Source of the DNA: an uncultured Candidatus Saccharibacteria bacterium
Lineage (GTDB): Bacteria > Patescibacteriota > Saccharimonadia > Saccharimonadales > CAZLTB01
NCBI GenBank assembly: GCA_964562505.1
Contig: CAZLTB010000003.1
Span: 1 to 56,680, forward strand
Length of the DNA stretch: 56,680 bases
Direction of reading: 5' to 3'
Part shown: positions 54,364-56,680 of the stretch, piece after piece
How positions within the stretch are numbered: position 1 is the stretch's first letter
Layout of the letters: each line of letters begins with the position of its first letter
Position numbers and translations under genes: made by a program
The notes under the pieces: generated by a model
Seen by the model: only the letters and a program-made list of their open reading frames with translations
Databases searched by the model: none
Told to the model about the DNA's origin: nothing

Positions 54364-54365
54364 TT

Positions 54366-55244
54366 TTAGCTACGGGTGTCCATTTCGCGTAAACGAGCAA
54401 TTCTCTGGTCGATAGGCGGATGCGTACTGAATAGATTTGCTAGGCTATGTCCTTTCAATGGATTGGCAAAGAATAGGTGGGCAGTTGAGGCATTCTGCCT
54501 TTTCAGTGTGCCACCGGTTTGCTTGATTTTAGCCAAGGCATTTGCAAGACCTTCAGGATATCGGGTAGTTAAAGCGCCAGTAGCGTCTGCTAAGTATTCA
54601 CGTTGTCTGGATACGGCCAGCTGAATTAGGGTTGCTATCACCGGAGCCAAAATAGCTGCCACAATCCCGAGTATTATAAAAACCTGATTGTTATTCCCAT
54701 TTTCGTTATCATCCCTGAACCAGGTCATTCTAAGCATAATATCGGCGAACAAACTTACCACTGCGACCAGAGCAAACGCGATCATTGACACGCGTATATC
54801 GTAGTTTTTGACGTGCCCAAGCTCATGCGCAATCACGCCTTCCAGCTCGCTGTCATTCATAACTTCGAGCAAACCACTCGTGACCGTTACCGATGAATGT
54901 TTAGGGTCACGGCCAGTCGCAAAGGCATTGGGCGAGGGATCACCAATTAAATAAATCTCAGGAGTTGGCAAACCATCAGTGATGCTCAGGTTTTCTACGA
55001 TGCGGTAAAGGCGTGGGTTATCTCGCTTGGCTATTGGCTTTGCTCCATTGACAGACAATGCCAGACTCGAACCGCTGTAATACATTATGATTGAGTAGAT
55101 CAATGCTCCGATTAAAACGTACGGAGTAATGGCTGGCCGCCCAGTAAATTGTCCAAATAGCCAACCTAGCCCTGCTACAAGCGCGACAAAAAAGAACATA
55201 ATCAAAACCGACTTGCGCTTGTTAGCGGCAATCTGGCTATACAT
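54366..55244 (-). CDS. htpX: Zinc metalloprotease HtpX (M48)
   Basis: It has HELGHVKNYD, four TM segments and STHPPIDQRIARL. Confidence 0.92.
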   Translation of the reverse strand: MYSQIAANKRKSVLIMFFFVALVAGLGWLFGQFTGRPAITPYVLIGALIYSIIMYYSGSSLALSVNGAKPIAKRDNPRLYRIVENLSITDGLPTPEIYLIGDPSPNAFATGRDPKHSSVTVTSGLLEVMNDSELEGVIAHELGHVKNYDIRVSMIAFALVAVVSLFADIMLRMTWFRDDNENGNNNQVFIILGIVAAILAPVIATLIQLAVSRQREYLADATGALTTRYPEGLANALAKIKQTGGTLKRQNASTAHLFFANPLKGHSLANLFSTHPPIDQRIARLREMDTRS

Positions 55245-55264
55245 TTAGCTTGCTCCGAAAAATT

Positions 55265-55819
55265 CTAAAATTCAGCTTTAGGCGCTTGGTTGATAGCAGC
55301 CGCTTCAGCTTCTTCGACTTCAAAGAATTCTCGTGGTTTGAAGCCCAACATTCCAGCAAAAATATTCGTAGGAAAAACCTTAATTTTTGTATTAAGATCA
55401 CGGGCTGAGCCATTGTAAAAACGCCGAGCCGCTTGGATTTTATCTTCAGTATCAGTAAGTTCGGCGGAAAGCTGTTGGAAGTTTTCAGTTGCCTTTAGAT
55501 CAGGGTACGCCTCAGCCACGGCAAATATACTTTTCAAAGCTTGCTGGAATTGATTCTCAGCTTTTGCAGTTTCTGCCACACCTTGAGCATTCAAGGCGTT
55601 TGCTCTAGCCTCGGTAACTTTTTCAAAGACTGCCTTTTCGTGAGTTGCGTAACCCTTGACGGAATTAATCAGGTTTGGAATCAAGTCATAACGTCGCTTC
55701 AGTTGGACAGTTATGTCGCTCCATGCTTCATCAACTCGAACATTGGCGCGGACCAAACCGTTGTACATAGCAACGCCCGCCACCACAAGCGCAACCAGAA
55801 CTACAATAAGCCAAATCAT
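55265..55819 (-). CDS. lemA: LemA-family protein
   Basis: It has an N-terminal TM, and also RRYDLIPNLINSVKGYATHE and RRFYNGSARDLNTKI. Confidence 0.9.
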   Translation of the reverse strand: MIWLIVVLVALVVAGVAMYNGLVRANVRVDEAWSDITVQLKRRYDLIPNLINSVKGYATHEKAVFEKVTEARANALNAQGVAETAKAENQFQQALKSIFAVAEAYPDLKATENFQQLSAELTDTEDKIQAARRFYNGSARDLNTKIKVFPTNIFAGMLGFKPREFFEVEEAEAAAINQAPKAEF

Positions 55820-55973
55820 CCCTTGGAATTCTCCTATTTACTCTGTGGTTACAGTATAGCACTGAGTAATTGGATAACGCTACAGCCTTGGCACGCAAAT
55901 AGAATTACATAAGCTGAATACACTAGGAAACACCCTGTTTTCATGATAAAAATATAAGGTTATCCAAAGTCAT

Positions 55974-56059
55974 GGGCGAGTGGCGGAATTGGTATACGCG
56001 GTGGACTTAAAATCCGCTGGCCAAAAGCCTTGAGGGTTCGAGTCCCTCCTCGCCCACCA
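55974..56059 (+). tRNA. tRNA-Leu(UAA), CCA encoded
   Basis: It folds as acceptor gggcgag/ctcgccc, anticodon stem gtgga/tccgc with loop ctTAAaa, a 14-nt variable arm and T-arm gaggg-ttcgagt-ccctc. Confidence 0.9.
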
Positions 56060-56069
56060 AATAGAGAAG

Positions 56070-56088
56070 CCCGCTTTTGCGGGATTTT
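56070..56088 (+). terminator. Terminator-like hairpin after tRNA-Leu(UAA)
   Basis: It reads cccgc-tttt-gcggg followed by aTTTT. Confidence 0.55.
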
Positions 56089-56104
56089 ATATTTGATAGA
56101 TGCA

Positions 56105-56211
56105 GGACGAGAACGGTCAGTCCTGTGGACTGAGCCGCCTGAAACCCCTGCGGGAGCGCTAGCAACCAGGGGGGTGAGCGTAGCGAAGGTCGAGTCCCTC
56201 CTCGCCCACCA
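56105..56211 (+). other. GC-rich structured segment of about 107 nt ending in a 21-nt copy of the tRNA-Leu(UAA) 3' end; a tRNA remnant or an unknown small RNA
   Basis: 56191..56211 (cgagtccctcctcgcccacca) is identical to 56039..56059. Internal hairpins are cagtcc-tgt-ggactg and cccctg...cagggg. The 5' ggacgag can pair with the 3' ctcgccc with one mismatch. Confidence 0.4.
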
Positions 56212-56299
56212 GAATTAGTCATCTGGGCAAATGTTGATATGATTTATCTCATAGAGTTCGAAAGGCTTCTTTGCTAGATTAGTCGAAAAGGAGTCAGAT

Positions 56300-56569
56300 A
56301 TGGCAGTAGGCGATCAGTTGAGAACCACAGTTCTAGATACACGCAAGGCAATTGACCAGCGCAAACAACAACTGGGGCAACTACGAAAAACAAGAGATGA
56401 TTTGAAGCGTCAAGCTGATCGGATGACTAATGATATGCAAGACGCCGAACGCCAAATTGGTGATATGGAAAAACAGGTTAGCCAGCTTCAACGCCAGGCC
56501 CAAATTGCCGATGAAAGCGAACGAAGATTGCAGGATGCTCAGCGCCTGCAGAGTAATTCACCGGCCTGA
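56300..56569 (+). CDS. Small coiled-coil protein (89 aa, Q/R/D-rich)
   Basis: The SD AAAGGAG lies 6 nt upstream of the ATG. The heptad-like charged sequence runs throughout. Confidence 0.55.
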   Translation: MAVGDQLRTTVLDTRKAIDQRKQQLGQLRKTRDDLKRQADRMTNDMQDAERQIGDMEKQVSQLQRQAQIADESERRLQDAQRLQSNSPA

Positions 56570-56630
56570 AATCAAATAGGGGTTTTATTGAAAAGTTACC
56601 CCTTATGCGCTATGCTAAACCGGTCTTGCG

Positions 56631-56680
56631 TGGCTCTTTAGCTCAGTTGGTAGAGCAGAGGCTTGAAGAGCCTTGTGTCC
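56631..56680 (+). tRNA. tRNA-Phe(GAA), 5' part only (runs off the window)
   Basis: It reads ggctctt-ta-gctc-agttggta-gagc-a-gaggc-ttGAAga-gcctt-gtgtc... Confidence 0.8.

Noticed and set aside
56007-56222. ORFs of 71 aa (-) and 62 aa (+) spanning tRNA-Leu(UAA) and the downstream element.
   Set aside because: They overlap a well-folding tRNA and its 3'-end repeat. The open frames are a by-product of GC-rich RNA sequence.
1-56680. Alternative genetic code (TGA recoded, as in some candidate phyla).
   Set aside because: TGA terminates well-conserved proteins exactly at coupled ATGA/GTGA junctions (for example 14873, 16366, 17232, 28099, 46872), and all long ORFs are intact under the standard code.
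1-56680. CRISPR arrays, transposases, integrases, prophage genes, rRNA operons.
   Set aside because: I saw no regularly spaced direct repeats and no ORF with recognisable integrase, transposase, Cas or phage structural motifs. The only repeats found are the tRNA 3'-end copies reported above.

Overview
This is a gene-dense bacterial chromosome segment of about 60 CDS using the standard genetic code. TGA acts as a stop at several ATGA/GTGA coupled junctions. Most genes are housekeeping: metG, alaS, uvrA, uvrC, ligA, sbcB, obg, ruvX, mltG, mnmA, a cysteine desulfurase, rplY, secG, pepP, tatD, trhO, htpX/lemA and an F-type ATPase operon. RNA genes are the 3' end of tmRNA at the left edge, tRNA-Leu(CAG), tRNA-Leu(GAG), tRNA-Val(UAC), tRNA-Leu(UAA) and a partial tRNA-Phe(GAA) at the right edge. 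All complete tRNAs encode CCA.

Shortened housekeeping enzymes, many orphan acidic or membrane proteins and missing biosynthetic context suggest a small-genome Patescibacteria/CPR (Saccharibacteria-like) organism. That is inference only. I saw no integrase, transposase, CRISPR array or rRNA.

The points most worth a second look are:
- An ATPase operon in the order b-delta-alpha-gamma-beta-epsilon, with no a/c proton-channel genes and a truncated epsilon.
- An FtsA-like actin-fold ATPase tightly linked to a 556-aa bitopic protein instead of FtsZ, inserted into the conserved alaS-ruvX-mltG neighbourhood.
- Two tRNA-Leu genes, each followed by a terminator and then a short segment ending in a copy of the tRNA 3' end. 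One of these segments is a GC-rich, structured element of about 107 nt.
- Widespread leaderless or near-leaderless gene starts behind extended -10 promoters.
- A LigA that has lost all four zinc-finger cysteines.
- A His-rich 6-TM protein paired with a Cys-less cupredoxin.
- Two short GH37 trehalase paralogues.

All functional calls come from reading motifs by eye. No database search was run.
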